Positions 8,931 to 19,055 of a DNA stretch of 64,000 bases are shown piece after piece. The notes beneath the pieces are model-generated. The model did no database searches. It was not told the DNA's origin and worked only from the letters and a program-made list of their open reading frames with translations. The translations under genes and the position numbers were made by a program. Every line of letters starts with the position of its first letter. Position 1 is the first letter of the stretch. Origin of the DNA: a virus; the IMG/VR virus record IMGVR_UViG_3300028840_006907, positions 288,001-352,000 of that record; one strand, given 5' to 3'.

Positions 8931-10280
8931 ATGGAACAAAAATTATCGGTTATAGGATTAGGTAAATTGGGCTGTACAATGATGGTATGTTTTGCTCATA
9001 AAGGATGGGAAGTTATAGGGGTTGATGTTAATGAATTAACTATTGAAACTATTCTACGAGGTCGGAGTCCTATCGATGAACCTTTTGTAGAAGAGATGAT
9101 AAGTGATAATGCAGAAAGGATAAGAGTAACATCTGATTGTGAAAATGCTGTTTTAAATAGTGATGTAAGTTTTGTAATAGTTCCTACTCCCAGTAAGGAA
9201 GATGGGTCTTTTTCGACAGAATATGTTGAAAATGCTACAATGGAAGTTGCGAAAGCTTTGACAAAAAAGAACTCTTATCATTTAATTGTAATTACTTCTA
9301 CTGTTCTTCCTGGAGACAGTCTTCGAATTTCTTATGAGATTGCTCGGGAGTCAGGGAAAGAACTAGGAAAGGATTTCGGTGTTGTTTATAATCCTGATTT
9401 CATAGCACTCGGTAAAATTGTCAGCGATTTTTTAAACCCTGACATGATCCTTATCGGTGAGTACGATGAGAAGTCAGGAGATATCATTCAAGACATACAC
9501 CTGAAACTTATAGATAGTAATCCTACTTTTCATAGGATGAATTTCTTTAATGCTGAACTGGCGAAAATTTCTCTTAATGCCTACTGTACTTTGAAAATTA
9601 CTTTTGCGAACATAATCGCGGAGATATGTGAGAATTTACCTGGCGGTGATTCTAATAAAGTCTTAAGTGCTGTAGGAGCTGATAGTCGGGTGGGTCAAAA
9701 ATATCTCAAAGGTGGTTTGGGGTACAGCGGACCATGTTTTCCGCGTGATAATCGAGCCCTCGCCCATTCTGCAAGGTTCTTTGGCACTACAAATTATTTC
9801 TGTGAGATGACAGATGCAATAAACAACTATCATAAAACAGAAAGAATATGCAATCTTTTATTGGGGTACATGGAAGAAAAGAACACAAAAGAATTAGCTA
9901 TACTTGGTTTATCCTATAAGGAAGATACTCCTGTGATTGAAGAATCTGTATCTATTTCAGTTATAAAAACTCTTTGGGAAAAAGGAATGAATATAAAAGT
10001 TTTTGATCCGGTTGCTATGGAAAATGCAAAAAGAGAATTAGAAGGTTATGATAATATTTATTATGCCTCTTCTGAATATGATTGTATAGATGGTACTTCC
10101 GTTTGTTTTATAGCTACTCCTTGGAAACAGTTCTTTAGTTTGAATCATCAAGAAGTAATAAAAAGAATGAAAAAGAGTTCTATTATTCTTGACTCATGGG
10201 GAGTATTACCTTATGACAGAGCAACTAATAGAGGCAAAAAAGTAGAGGTAAAACAACTAGGGAAAAATTATCAATCGTAA
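8931..10280 (+). CDS. nucleotide-sugar dehydrogenase (UDP-glucose/GDP-mannose dehydrogenase family)
   Basis: N-terminal Rossmann VIGLGKLGCTMMVCFAHKGWEVIGVDVN; catalytic-Cys region GGLGYSGPCFPRDNRAL; family-typical length of 449 aa. Confidence 0.85.
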   Translation: MEQKLSVIGLGKLGCTMMVCFAHKGWEVIGVDVNELTIETILRGRSPIDEPFVEEMISDNAERIRVTSDCENAVLNSDVSFVIVPTPSKEDGSFSTEYVENATMEVAKALTKKNSYHLIVITSTVLPGDSLRISYEIARESGKELGKDFGVVYNPDFIALGKIVSDFLNPDMILIGEYDEKSGDIIQDIHLKLIDSNPTFHRMNFFNAELAKISLNAYCTLKITFANIIAEICENLPGGDSNKVLSAVGADSRVGQKYLKGGLGYSGPCFPRDNRALAHSARFFGTTNYFCEMTDAINNYHKTERICNLLLGYMEEKNTKELAILGLSYKEDTPVIEESVSISVIKTLWEKGMNIKVFDPVAMENAKRELEGYDNIYYASSEYDCIDGTSVCFIATPWKQFFSLNHQEVIKRMKKSSIILDSWGVLPYDRATNRGKKVEVKQLGKNYQS

Positions 10281-10342
10281 AAATTAGATATAAGAAGTCT
10301 CATTGAGACTATTCAATAAAATAATAAATAGGAATAAAAAAG

Positions 10343-11146
10343 ATGCCGAGATTAAGCTTTATTGTCACTGGACGAAATGACAATTATGACCAAAATTTTA
10401 ATGAACGTTTAACCATCGCTTTAAGAAGAAATATAAAATCCCTTCCAGACGCTGAATTCATTTTTGTAGAATGGAATCCTTATTTAGACCGCCCATTAAC
10501 ATGTTCAAAATTAAAAAGGACTTTTGGAGATCGAGTTAAATATTATGTAGTTCATCCTAAATATCATAAATATTATTGTAACATTGATGGTTTTCTTGAA
10601 TACCCTCCAAAAAATATCGGAATACGTAAGGCTACAGGTGAATTTATTATTTGTACAAATTCAGATGTAATTTTTTGTCCAGATCTAGTTCATTGTATGA
10701 ATATGCATTTGGAAAAAAATGTCCTTTATCGTGCTACTCGAATTGATATCCGACCAGATTATCTTAATGTAAGTTTCCCCCTTCATCCAAAATTTAAGCT
10801 TGAAACAAATCAAGGTCCTATGAATGCAGCGGGTGATTTTCTTTTAATGCATCGGGATCTATGGTATAAAACTACTGGTTATTGCGAGGAATACCCGTGG
10901 CAGAGATTACATAAAGATGCTCAGATAGTTTATTTGCTTTCTAATAAAAGAGGGTATGAAGTTCGAAACATAGGATCTATGACACATTGGAGACATCCTA
11001 GCTCCTGGTCTAATGGAAAATGTCGAGCTAGAGTAGGTGATGTGAATTGGGATTTTCAAAAATGTAATTACAAAATGAATAAAAAAACATGGGGTCTCAC
11101 GTTTACAGATGAGGTCGAAAAAGACGGCATAATTTGGCTAATTTAA
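10343..11146 (+). CDS. putative glycosyltransferase (GT-A-like)
   Basis: LSFIVTGRNDNY N-terminus and ICTNSDVIF acidic motif resemble GT2/GT7-type enzymes; assignment tentative. Confidence 0.4.
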   Translation: MPRLSFIVTGRNDNYDQNFNERLTIALRRNIKSLPDAEFIFVEWNPYLDRPLTCSKLKRTFGDRVKYYVVHPKYHKYYCNIDGFLEYPPKNIGIRKATGEFIICTNSDVIFCPDLVHCMNMHLEKNVLYRATRIDIRPDYLNVSFPLHPKFKLETNQGPMNAAGDFLLMHRDLWYKTTGYCEEYPWQRLHKDAQIVYLLSNKRGYEVRNIGSMTHWRHPSSWSNGKCRARVGDVNWDFQKCNYKMNKKTWGLTFTDEVEKDGIIWLI

Positions 11147-11176
11147 ATTTACATATAGATATTGAAAGGAGATTGT

Positions 11177-12151
11177 ATGAAACGTATATTGGTTACTGGA
11201 GCAGGCGGTTTTATTGGAGGCCATTTAGTCACTCGATTGAAAGAGGAGGGCTATTGGGTTCGTGGAGTTGATATTAAAGAGCATGAATATAAGAAGACTG
11301 ATGCAGATGAATTTTATCTTAAAGATTTGAGAATAATGCAAAATTGTCTTACTTCATGCGCTGATATTGATGAATGTTATACATTAGCTGCTGACATGGG
11401 TGGTGCAGGATTTGTTTTTACTGGTGAGAATGATGCTGATATCATGCATAATTCTGCGAAGATAAATTTAAATATGGCTGAAGCTTGCCGAATACAAGGA
11501 GTAAAGAAGATATTTTATTCCTCTTCAGCGTGCATGTATCCTGCTCATAATCAAACCGATCCGGATAATCCTTTACTTTCTGAGGATTCTGCTTATCCTG
11601 CAGCTCCCGATAGTGAATACGGGTGGGAAAAACTTTTCTCAGAACATCTTTATTTAGCTTATAACAAAAATTATGGACTGGATGTTCGTGTGGCAAGATT
11701 TCATAATATTTTTGGAGTTTTGGGAACATGGCAAGGTGGAAGAGAAAAAGCTCCTGCTGCATTGAATCGTAAAGTAGCTATGGCTAAAGATGGTGATGTA
11801 ATCGAAGTGTGGGGACCTGGTACTCAAACACGTTCTTTCCTTTATATAGAGGAATGTATTGAAGCAGTACGTCGTTTCATGGAATCAGATTTTTTAGGCC
11901 CTGTAAATATAGGTTCTGAAGAAATGATTTCAATAAACGATCTTGCGAAAATGGCCATAGATATTAGTGGTAAAAAACTTACTATCAAAAATGTGGAAGG
12001 TCCTGTAGGAGTTATGGGCCGTAATTCAGATAATAATTTATATGAAGAAAAGGTTGGATGGAGACCTTCAAAACCTTTACATTATGGTATGGAAAAGACT
12101 TATGCTTGGATAAGTGATCAAATTAAACAAATTTATCCCTTTAGAAAATAG
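11177..12151 (+). CDS. GDP-mannose 3,5-epimerase homologue (extended SDR)
   Basis: RBS aaaggag, ATG 11177. VTGAGGFIGGHL. Long collinear similarity to plant GME recalled from memory: DEFYLKDLR, LAADMGGAGF, SSSACMYP, RFHNIFGVLGTWQGGREKAPAA, TRSFLYIEEC, NIGSEEMISIN, GRNSDNNL. Confidence 0.85.
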   Translation: MKRILVTGAGGFIGGHLVTRLKEEGYWVRGVDIKEHEYKKTDADEFYLKDLRIMQNCLTSCADIDECYTLAADMGGAGFVFTGENDADIMHNSAKINLNMAEACRIQGVKKIFYSSSACMYPAHNQTDPDNPLLSEDSAYPAAPDSEYGWEKLFSEHLYLAYNKNYGLDVRVARFHNIFGVLGTWQGGREKAPAALNRKVAMAKDGDVIEVWGPGTQTRSFLYIEECIEAVRRFMESDFLGPVNIGSEEMISINDLAKMAIDISGKKLTIKNVEGPVGVMGRNSDNNLYEEKVGWRPSKPLHYGMEKTYAWISDQIKQIYPFRK

Positions 12152-12154
12152 CTT

Positions 12155-12856
12155 ATGGAATTAATAACAAAAGCAGTTATAATGGCTGGTGGAGAGGGTA
12201 CTCGGTTAAGACCTTATACAGAAATGACTCCTAAAGCAATGTTAGAGGTTAACGGTATTCCTCTCTTACGTTTAATGATAGAGAGACTTCATAGTTTTGG
12301 TATAACTCATTTCTATTTAAGTGTAAATTATCTCTCGAAAGTAATCTGTGATTATTTCGGTGATGGATCTAAATTTGGGATTAATATCACTTATATAAAA
12401 GAACCTTATTCGATGGGGACCGCAGGTTCAATTAGTATGGTTGATATTGAAGAACCTTTTTTGGTTATAAATGGAGATGTTTATACCAGTCTTGATTTTA
12501 GAGATCTCTTTGTAGAATTTAGAAGATCTAAATCAGATCTATTAATATGTTGTAGGGAGCAATTATTAAAAACAGATTATGGTGTTATTGTAAAAGAAGA
12601 TGACAGGATAACTTCCTGGGTTGAAAAACCTGAGTTTACTCATTACATAAGTTGTGGTATCTATGTATTCAAACCAGAGATTGTAAAATATATACCTAAA
12701 GAACATTTTTTTAATATGAATCATTTAGCTGAAGCGGTTATTGAAAAGAATAAAAAAGCTGGATTTTATTTAATGGATGATCTAGATATCTGGATTGATA
12801 TAGGAACTATTGAAGAATATAATAAGGTCAAGGAATTGTTAACAGTAAAAAAATAA
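12155..12856 (+). CDS. sugar-1-phosphate nucleotidyltransferase
   Basis: AVIMAGGEGTRLRPYTEMTPKAMLEV matches the GGxGTRLxPxTxxxPK NTP_transferase signature. Confidence 0.85.
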   Translation: MELITKAVIMAGGEGTRLRPYTEMTPKAMLEVNGIPLLRLMIERLHSFGITHFYLSVNYLSKVICDYFGDGSKFGINITYIKEPYSMGTAGSISMVDIEEPFLVINGDVYTSLDFRDLFVEFRRSKSDLLICCREQLLKTDYGVIVKEDDRITSWVEKPEFTHYISCGIYVFKPEIVKYIPKEHFFNMNHLAEAVIEKNKKAGFYLMDDLDIWIDIGTIEEYNKVKELLTVKK

Positions 12857-12865
12857 GAGGATAAA

Positions 12866-13759
12866 GTGAGAGTTGTATTTATTGGTTGCGTCAATTTCAG
12901 TAAAGCAATGTTGGAATATGCTTTAGAAATAGAGTGCCTTGAAATAGTGGGTATCGTGACAAAATCAGAATCCAATTTTAATACAGATTTCTGTTCTTTG
13001 GCCCCTTTAGCCCAGGAACATAATATTTCTTATCTTTTATACGATCAATTAAAATCGGAAAGTGGACTCAATAGTTGGGTTGAATTAAAATTTCCTGATG
13101 TGATCTTTTGTTTTGGTTGGTCCCATTTATTAAAAGCTGAACTTATAGAAATTCCTAAAATAGGAGTCATAGGACATCATCCTACAATGCTTCCTAAGAA
13201 TAGAGGGCGACATCCAGTAATATGGGCGTTAGCTTTAGGATTGGAGTATACTGCTTCAACTTTTTTCTTTATAGATCCTGGGGTGGATTCTGGGGATATT
13301 CTAGATCAAATCCCTGTAAATATAAATTTTGATGATGATGCTAGTATTCTCTATCAGAAGATCACAGTGACTGCAGGAAAGCAATTAAAAACATTTTCTC
13401 CTCTTTTGGAGAAAGGAGAATATATAGTTGTTAAACAAGATATGAGTAAAGCTACATGGTGGAGAAAAAGGTCAAAAGCTGATGGATATATTGATTGGCG
13501 TATGAGTTGTTTTTCCATTCATAATTTAGTCCGGGCTTTGACTTGTCCTTATGTAGGGGCTCATTGTGAATTTAACAATAGGGATATAAAGATCTGGAAA
13601 GTTAGAATAATGTATAAAGGATTAGATGATATTGAACCAGGTAAAATAATCGATTTAAATAGAAATAAAAATGAAATCTATATAAAGTGCGGGGATGGAG
13701 TTATGTGTATCTATGATCATGAATTTGATCCTCTGCCTGAGATCGGAACTTATTTATGA
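12866..13759 (+). CDS. sugar N-formyltransferase (Fmt/ArnA-N family)
   Basis: GTG start with RBS aagagg; HHPTMLPKNRGRHPVIWAL (SLLPxxRG-type) and IDPGVDSGDIL motifs; C-terminal Fmt-like domain. Confidence 0.8.
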   Translation: MRVVFIGCVNFSKAMLEYALEIECLEIVGIVTKSESNFNTDFCSLAPLAQEHNISYLLYDQLKSESGLNSWVELKFPDVIFCFGWSHLLKAELIEIPKIGVIGHHPTMLPKNRGRHPVIWALALGLEYTASTFFFIDPGVDSGDILDQIPVNINFDDDASILYQKITVTAGKQLKTFSPLLEKGEYIVVKQDMSKATWWRKRSKADGYIDWRMSCFSIHNLVRALTCPYVGAHCEFNNRDIKIWKVRIMYKGLDDIEPGKIIDLNRNKNEIYIKCGDGVMCIYDHEFDPLPEIGTYL

Positions 13760-14415
13760 AAATTATTGCCATTGCACCTCATCCTGATGATGAGACTCTG
13801 GGATGTGGTGGTACACTCTTGAAGCATCGGGATGCCTCAGATGATATTTATTTGGTTCTTGTTACTACAGCAGGTTCTGAATACAGTGAAGAGCATATCA
13901 ATAATAAATACAAAGAAATAGATAATGCCAACGAGATTTTTGAATTTAAGACTATCTTCGATTTGGGTTTCCCTGTTACTCATATTGGTTCTATAGATAT
14001 ATCAGAAATAATTGGTAAACTAATGGACACATTTAAATTAGTGGGTCCCGATATTATTTATGTTCCTTTCCCGTATGATATTCATACTGATCATCAAGTT
14101 GTTTTTGATGCGGTTTCTTCGTGTACAAAATGGTTCAGAATACCTACTTTGAAAAGAATACTAGCCTATGAAACTATATCTGAAACAGATTTTATTATTA
14201 GACCCGGTCCTTCTTTTATCCCTAATGTTTTTGTCAATATTGAAGATCACATTGATAAAAAGATAGAGGCTATGAAATGCTATGCTAGTGAAATTGCTAT
14301 GCCTCCTTTTCCTCGTAGTGAGGAGAATATCAGAGCCCTGGCAACATTAAGAGGTTCAACATCTGGTTTCAAAGCTGCGGAAGCTTTCATGTTGTTAAAG
14401 GAGATAGATGAATGA
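13756..14415 (+). CDS. PIG-L/LmbE family deacetylase
   Basis: AIAPHPDDETLGCGGTLLKH signature; HTDH downstream; ATGA coupling to upstream gene. Confidence 0.85.
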   Translation: MKIIAIAPHPDDETLGCGGTLLKHRDASDDIYLVLVTTAGSEYSEEHINNKYKEIDNANEIFEFKTIFDLGFPVTHIGSIDISEIIGKLMDTFKLVGPDIIYVPFPYDIHTDHQVVFDAVSSCTKWFRIPTLKRILAYETISETDFIIRPGPSFIPNVFVNIEDHIDKKIEAMKCYASEIAMPPFPRSEENIRALATLRGSTSGFKAAEAFMLLKEIDE

Positions 14416-15380
14416 GTAAAAAAGTTTTAGTTACTGGTGCAGGAGGATTTATAGGATCTCATTTAGTAAAACGGCTCATGGAATATGGGTATGATGTTAC
14501 AGCACTGGTAAAATATAATGCAAATGGTTCTTGGGGCTGGTTAGACACATTTCATCGTTCTGTAATCAAAGATATTAGAGTAGAGTTGGGTGATGTTCGG
14601 GATCCGGAACAAATGATGAGATATAAAAACATGGATATTATTTTCCATTTAGCTGCTTTGATAGGTATCCCTTATTCCTATGTAGCTCCTCGTTCATATG
14701 TCGATACCAATATAAACGGTACTTTAAACATGCTTCAGGTTTGTCGGGAAAATGGAGCTACTTATATTCATACATCAACTTCTGAGGTATATGGTACAGC
14801 CCTTTATGAACCTATTGATGAAAAACATCCTATCCAAACACAGAGTCCATATTCAGCTACAAAAAGTGCTGGAGATAGTTTAGCAAAGAGTTATTATCTT
14901 TCCTTCGATTTGCCCGTTATTATAGTAAGACCATTCAATACTTTTGGAACACGTCAATCTTTAAGAGCTGTTATTCCCACTATTATCAGTCAGGCATGTA
15001 AAGATGATGTTATAAAACTTGGAGATCCAAGTACCATGAGAGATTTCATTTTTGTGGATGATACTGTAGAAGGCTTTATAAAGGCCGCTGAGAGGGGAAA
15101 ATCTGGAGAGACTTATAATATAGGTTATGGCAAAAAAAGGTCAATAAGAAGTATTGTGGATGACGTAGGCAATATATTAGGTAAAGTTTTAAAAATTGAA
15201 TCGGAACCAGAGAGAATGCGACCTCCGAAGAGTGAGGTAAGAGTTCTTGTTTGTAATAATGAAAAAGCAAAAAAAGAATTGGGATGGGATATTAAATGGC
15301 CTTTTAAAAAAGGGTTGGAATATTTGATCTACGATTGGCAACGAGAAAACAAAGAAAGTAAAGATTTTTATCATGTCTAG
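14412..15380 (+). CDS. NAD-dependent nucleotide-sugar 4,6-dehydratase/decarboxylase-type SDR
   Basis: VTGAGGFIGSHL, TSTSEVYG, YSATKSAGD (YxxxK). Confidence 0.85.
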   Translation: MSKKVLVTGAGGFIGSHLVKRLMEYGYDVTALVKYNANGSWGWLDTFHRSVIKDIRVELGDVRDPEQMMRYKNMDIIFHLAALIGIPYSYVAPRSYVDTNINGTLNMLQVCRENGATYIHTSTSEVYGTALYEPIDEKHPIQTQSPYSATKSAGDSLAKSYYLSFDLPVIIVRPFNTFGTRQSLRAVIPTIISQACKDDVIKLGDPSTMRDFIFVDDTVEGFIKAAERGKSGETYNIGYGKKRSIRSIVDDVGNILGKVLKIESEPERMRPPKSEVRVLVCNNEKAKKELGWDIKWPFKKGLEYLIYDWQRENKESKDFYHV

Positions 15381-16449
15381 TATATTTTTACACATACCTC
15401 ATATAGGGGAAGAGGAAAAGGCAGAAGTAAATAAGGCTCTTAATACTGGAGAATTGACCTGTGGAAATTATTTAAATCAATTTGAAAAAGAATTAAGTGA
15501 AAGGATAAATTCTCCTGTTGTTTTATGCTCTTCTGGAACAGCAGCTTTGCAATTAGGTCTACATGCTATGGGTATAGGTCCAGGAGATGAAGTAATTGTT
15601 CCTAATATGTCTTTTGTTTCGACTATAAATTCTGTTTTATATATGGGTGCTACCCCAGTTTTGTGCGATGTAGGTGATCCTGAATACGAGCTTTCCATTG
15701 ATCCTGAAGAAATAATCGATCTCATAACTCCTCGAACTAAAGCTATAATGGTATCTCATCTTTGTGGGGGATACGGTGACATTGAAAAGATATTAGATAT
15801 AGCTAGTGCGTATAAAGTTGATGTCATTGAAGATGCTGCTCAGGCAGTAGGTTGTACTATGAATGGCAAAGCTTTGGGAACATTTGGAAAGTTTGGTGTC
15901 TATTCATTTAATGGGAATAAAATTATCACCACAGGTGGTGGAGGCACTCTTTTAACTTCAGATCGTGGAATGAGTCAGAGAGTACGAAATCTTCTTAATC
16001 AAGCGAAAGACATTTTAAATCCTTTTTCTCATATAGAGATGGGGTATAATTATAGAATCAGTAATATCCATGCTGCGATAGGTTGTGCTCAATTAAAAAA
16101 ATTAGACTCTTTTATTGATAAGAAAAAATTTATTCATGAGACCTATAAAAAGAAGTTAGACATAATAACTTATAAGGAAAAATCCAATTATTGGTTGAAT
16201 GTTTATAAAGTAAAAAAATTTAATCCTTATGAAGCTGTTTGGAATCTGGATTACAAAAGCATAGAGACTCGTCCTATTTATACCCCTTTTCATATGATGG
16301 ATTTTCTTAAAAAATATGGTGAGGATGAATACCCGGTTTCAGAGAAATTATATAACAGTCTTTTTTGTTTGCCATCTTATTTATCTCTTGATGAAGAGAT
16401 AATCGATAAAGTAGTGGATGAAATAAATAATTTGGAGAATAGTGAATGA
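15373..16449 (+). CDS. DegT/DnrJ/EryC1/StrS family sugar aminotransferase
   Basis: SGTAALQLGLHAMGIGPGDEVIVPNMSFVST and SFNGNKIITTGGGG (PLP lysine region). Confidence 0.9.
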   Translation: MSSIFLHIPHIGEEEKAEVNKALNTGELTCGNYLNQFEKELSERINSPVVLCSSGTAALQLGLHAMGIGPGDEVIVPNMSFVSTINSVLYMGATPVLCDVGDPEYELSIDPEEIIDLITPRTKAIMVSHLCGGYGDIEKILDIASAYKVDVIEDAAQAVGCTMNGKALGTFGKFGVYSFNGNKIITTGGGGTLLTSDRGMSQRVRNLLNQAKDILNPFSHIEMGYNYRISNIHAAIGCAQLKKLDSFIDKKKFIHETYKKKLDIITYKEKSNYWLNVYKVKKFNPYEAVWNLDYKSIETRPIYTPFHMMDFLKKYGEDEYPVSEKLYNSLFCLPSYLSLDEEIIDKVVDEINNLENSE

Positions 16450-17141
16450 AAAAACATATCCTTTTGATGTTTAATATGGGAAATAGTGGTGGGAAGTATT
16501 TCGAAGATATTTGTAATACTCACGAAGATGTTCAGATATGGCAAGAAGCAAATCACCTTTTAAAAGTAGATCATCTTGAGACACCAGTTCAGTTCGACAG
16601 GGTATATGCTTTTTTCATGAAACAGTATGAAGAAAATAAGAAAAAAACCATCGGATTAATAAAAGCTTTTGATCATCGGTTAATAGGATTGGCTGAAAGA
16701 ACTGGTGGGTCTATCATGCAGATGTTCAGACATCCTGTAGGTGTGGTGGGTTTTAAGACAGGCCATAAAATGGCTGAGTGTGAACAGAGAGGTTTGTTTG
16801 ACAAACTAGACACACCTGAAAAGATTTTTGAAGCTCATGTGGATTTTTATGCCTCAATATATAATTCCTATACGAAGAATGCTCATAAGTGGCCTGTTGT
16901 TAAATTAGAGGATTTAAAAAAGTCTTTACGGGAAAGAACTCCGTATTTTGAAGATGTAATGAAAAAAGCGCTGAAAGTTGACTGGCAACCGAAACATACA
17001 AAAAAAGTTATTAATATGGGAGGGCTTGAAGAGAATAGAGATCATTTTGATATTTGGAAATCATGGGAAGATTGGAAGAAAGATATTTTTCTGAAGTATT
17101 TCCAGGAAATAATGAAATTGTATATGTATGAATGGGAATGA
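16446..17141 (+). CDS. sulfotransferase-fold-like protein, paralogue A
   Basis: MFNMGNSGGKYF (P-loop-like) and MFRHPVGVV (RxP) motifs; clear paralogue of 20367-21158 (IGLIKAFDH, HVDFY, LEDL, IWKSWEDWKK). Confidence 0.4.
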   Translation: MKKHILLMFNMGNSGGKYFEDICNTHEDVQIWQEANHLLKVDHLETPVQFDRVYAFFMKQYEENKKKTIGLIKAFDHRLIGLAERTGGSIMQMFRHPVGVVGFKTGHKMAECEQRGLFDKLDTPEKIFEAHVDFYASIYNSYTKNAHKWPVVKLEDLKKSLRERTPYFEDVMKKALKVDWQPKHTKKVINMGGLEENRDHFDIWKSWEDWKKDIFLKYFQEIMKLYMYEWE

Positions 17142-17155
17142 TAGGAGGACGAAGT

Positions 17156-18151
17156 ATGAAAAATTTGGAAATCATAGCTGAGTTCGGAACTAATCATGTC
17201 GATCCTAATGGTAAAGTTCTTGAAAATATTGAGGATTTGATACATACACTAGCAGACAAAGGAGCGACTGCAGTTAAATTTCAGCTTTTTAAAGCTGATA
17301 ATTTAGTAGAAAAGAATACTGAAGTACATGGCCTTATAAAAAATTTGGAAATTGCTCTTGAAGAGCATGTCAGATTAAAAAAGATCTGCGAAGAAATAGG
17401 TTTGCGGTATCTTTGCACTCCTTTTTGCGTTGAGTCTTTGGATGCTCTTCTTAGTATAGGAGTAAAGGAAATAAAAATAGCCAGTTGTGATTGTGGTAAT
17501 TTACAATTGATGTCAGATATTGTACAACGTCATAACAAAATTCATCGAGTTATAATGGCTACAGGTATGTCAACATTGAATGAAATTGGTGTTTCCATTG
17601 ACATCCTTATTGATGGAGGATTTAATATTGATCTTTTACATTGTACAAGTGTTTACCCTACACCGATATACCGAGCTTCTCTAGACATGATAAGAGTCTT
17701 AAAAAAGAAGTGGGGTTTATTTAATATAGGATATTCGGATCATACATTGGGGACTGAAGTGGTGGGTATAGCCCGAGCTATGGGTTGTACCATTTTTGAA
17801 AAGCATGTAACTCCTGATAGAACAATGCCCGGTTTTGATCATGCTTATTCTTTTCCTATTGATGAATTTGATAAATATGTCGATGCTATCAAGAATGTCG
17901 ATCAGATAATAGGAGAAGAAAGAAAATACGTAGATAAAAAAGAAGCAGTATCTCGTGATGCCATGAAAAGAGGCATATGGTTTAAAAAAGAAGTGTTTAA
18001 AGGGCAGAAAATAACCAGAGATGATATCATTGTACGAAGACCGTTGAAAGGGGCCGTTAACCAGACTTACTATTTTTCTGTTCTTGGTAAAAAAGTAAAG
18101 AAGAATTTTAATGAGGATGATCCCGTTTTAACGGAGAATTTATATGAGTAA
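17156..18151 (+). CDS. nonulosonic acid synthase (NeuB/PseI/LegI family)
   Basis: RBS taggagg, ATG 17156; IIAEFGTNH...AVKFQLF N-terminal signature; YSDHTLG; C-terminal SAF-like segment. Confidence 0.85.
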   Translation: MKNLEIIAEFGTNHVDPNGKVLENIEDLIHTLADKGATAVKFQLFKADNLVEKNTEVHGLIKNLEIALEEHVRLKKICEEIGLRYLCTPFCVESLDALLSIGVKEIKIASCDCGNLQLMSDIVQRHNKIHRVIMATGMSTLNEIGVSIDILIDGGFNIDLLHCTSVYPTPIYRASLDMIRVLKKKWGLFNIGYSDHTLGTEVVGIARAMGCTIFEKHVTPDRTMPGFDHAYSFPIDEFDKYVDAIKNVDQIIGEERKYVDKKEAVSRDAMKRGIWFKKEVFKGQKITRDDIIVRRPLKGAVNQTYYFSVLGKKVKKNFNEDDPVLTENLYE

Positions 18152-19052
18152 AATAGGAATTCGATGTGATTGTGGACCGGTAATGGGCATGGGTCATATA
18201 TCTAGGCAGAAACTTATTTATGAAGAACTCATGAAATTGGACCACGAAGTTTCTTTTTTTGTAAAAAGAGAACGGAACATAGTTAAATCAATGGGACTTC
18301 CACTTTCAAATAAGATTTTAATGGATACAATGGATACTTTGATAATTGATTTAGTGGAAGGTTTTGAGGATTATGATTTTCCTCGAACTAAAATAGTTTT
18401 TTATGATGGTCCGGAAATGATACATTGTGATGCTGATATCATTTTTGCTTTAAATTATAAACAACAGAAATCCTGGTATAGAGGAACGGGTTATTATGTT
18501 GGGCTAGATTATATCCCGATGGATCCCAGCATTTCTAAAATAGAGAAAGAATTTGGTAATTTAGAAAAAATATTAATTATGACAAGTGGAATCGATCCTT
18601 GGGATATGCCAGGACAAATAGTTAGAGTTATTAAGGATCTGGGTTATGACATCACAGTTAAATTATCTAATGCTTATCCAAAAGATTGGATCAGTAAACT
18701 TGAGAAACATGCTGAGATAATTTTAAATGTGGATAGTGTTGCTTCATTATATGAAGAATATGATTTAATGATATGTACTGCAGGAAATGTGTTGTTCGAG
18801 GCTGCTGTAGCTGGTTTACCCTGTATAAGTTTTTCGACGGGTAAAGTTCAGGAGGGCCATGGGGCGTTTATGAGTGACAAAGGTTTTTCAGTTCATCTTG
18901 GAGGCTTTTGGAATAATACTGCTGAAGTTGGTTATTTGTCTGATGCTATAAAATTTTTAGCTGATAGATCGGATAGAGAACAAAGATCTGAGATAGGTCG
19001 TTCTATTTGTGATGGTAAAGGATTAGAAAGGATAATAAATATTATAGGGTAA
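18144..19052 (+). CDS. PseG-like nucleotide-sugar hydrolase / GT28-type protein
   Basis: IGIRCDCGPVMGMGHISRQ resembles the PseG GxGHxxR start; C-terminal TAGNVLFEAAVAGLPCI resembles the MurG/GT28 C-domain. Confidence 0.55.
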   Translation: MSKIGIRCDCGPVMGMGHISRQKLIYEELMKLDHEVSFFVKRERNIVKSMGLPLSNKILMDTMDTLIIDLVEGFEDYDFPRTKIVFYDGPEMIHCDADIIFALNYKQQKSWYRGTGYYVGLDYIPMDPSISKIEKEFGNLEKILIMTSGIDPWDMPGQIVRVIKDLGYDITVKLSNAYPKDWISKLEKHAEIILNVDSVASLYEEYDLMICTAGNVLFEAAVAGLPCISFSTGKVQEGHGAFMSDKGFSVHLGGFWNNTAEVGYLSDAIKFLADRSDREQRSEIGRSICDGKGLERIINIIG

Positions 19053-19055
19053 AAT

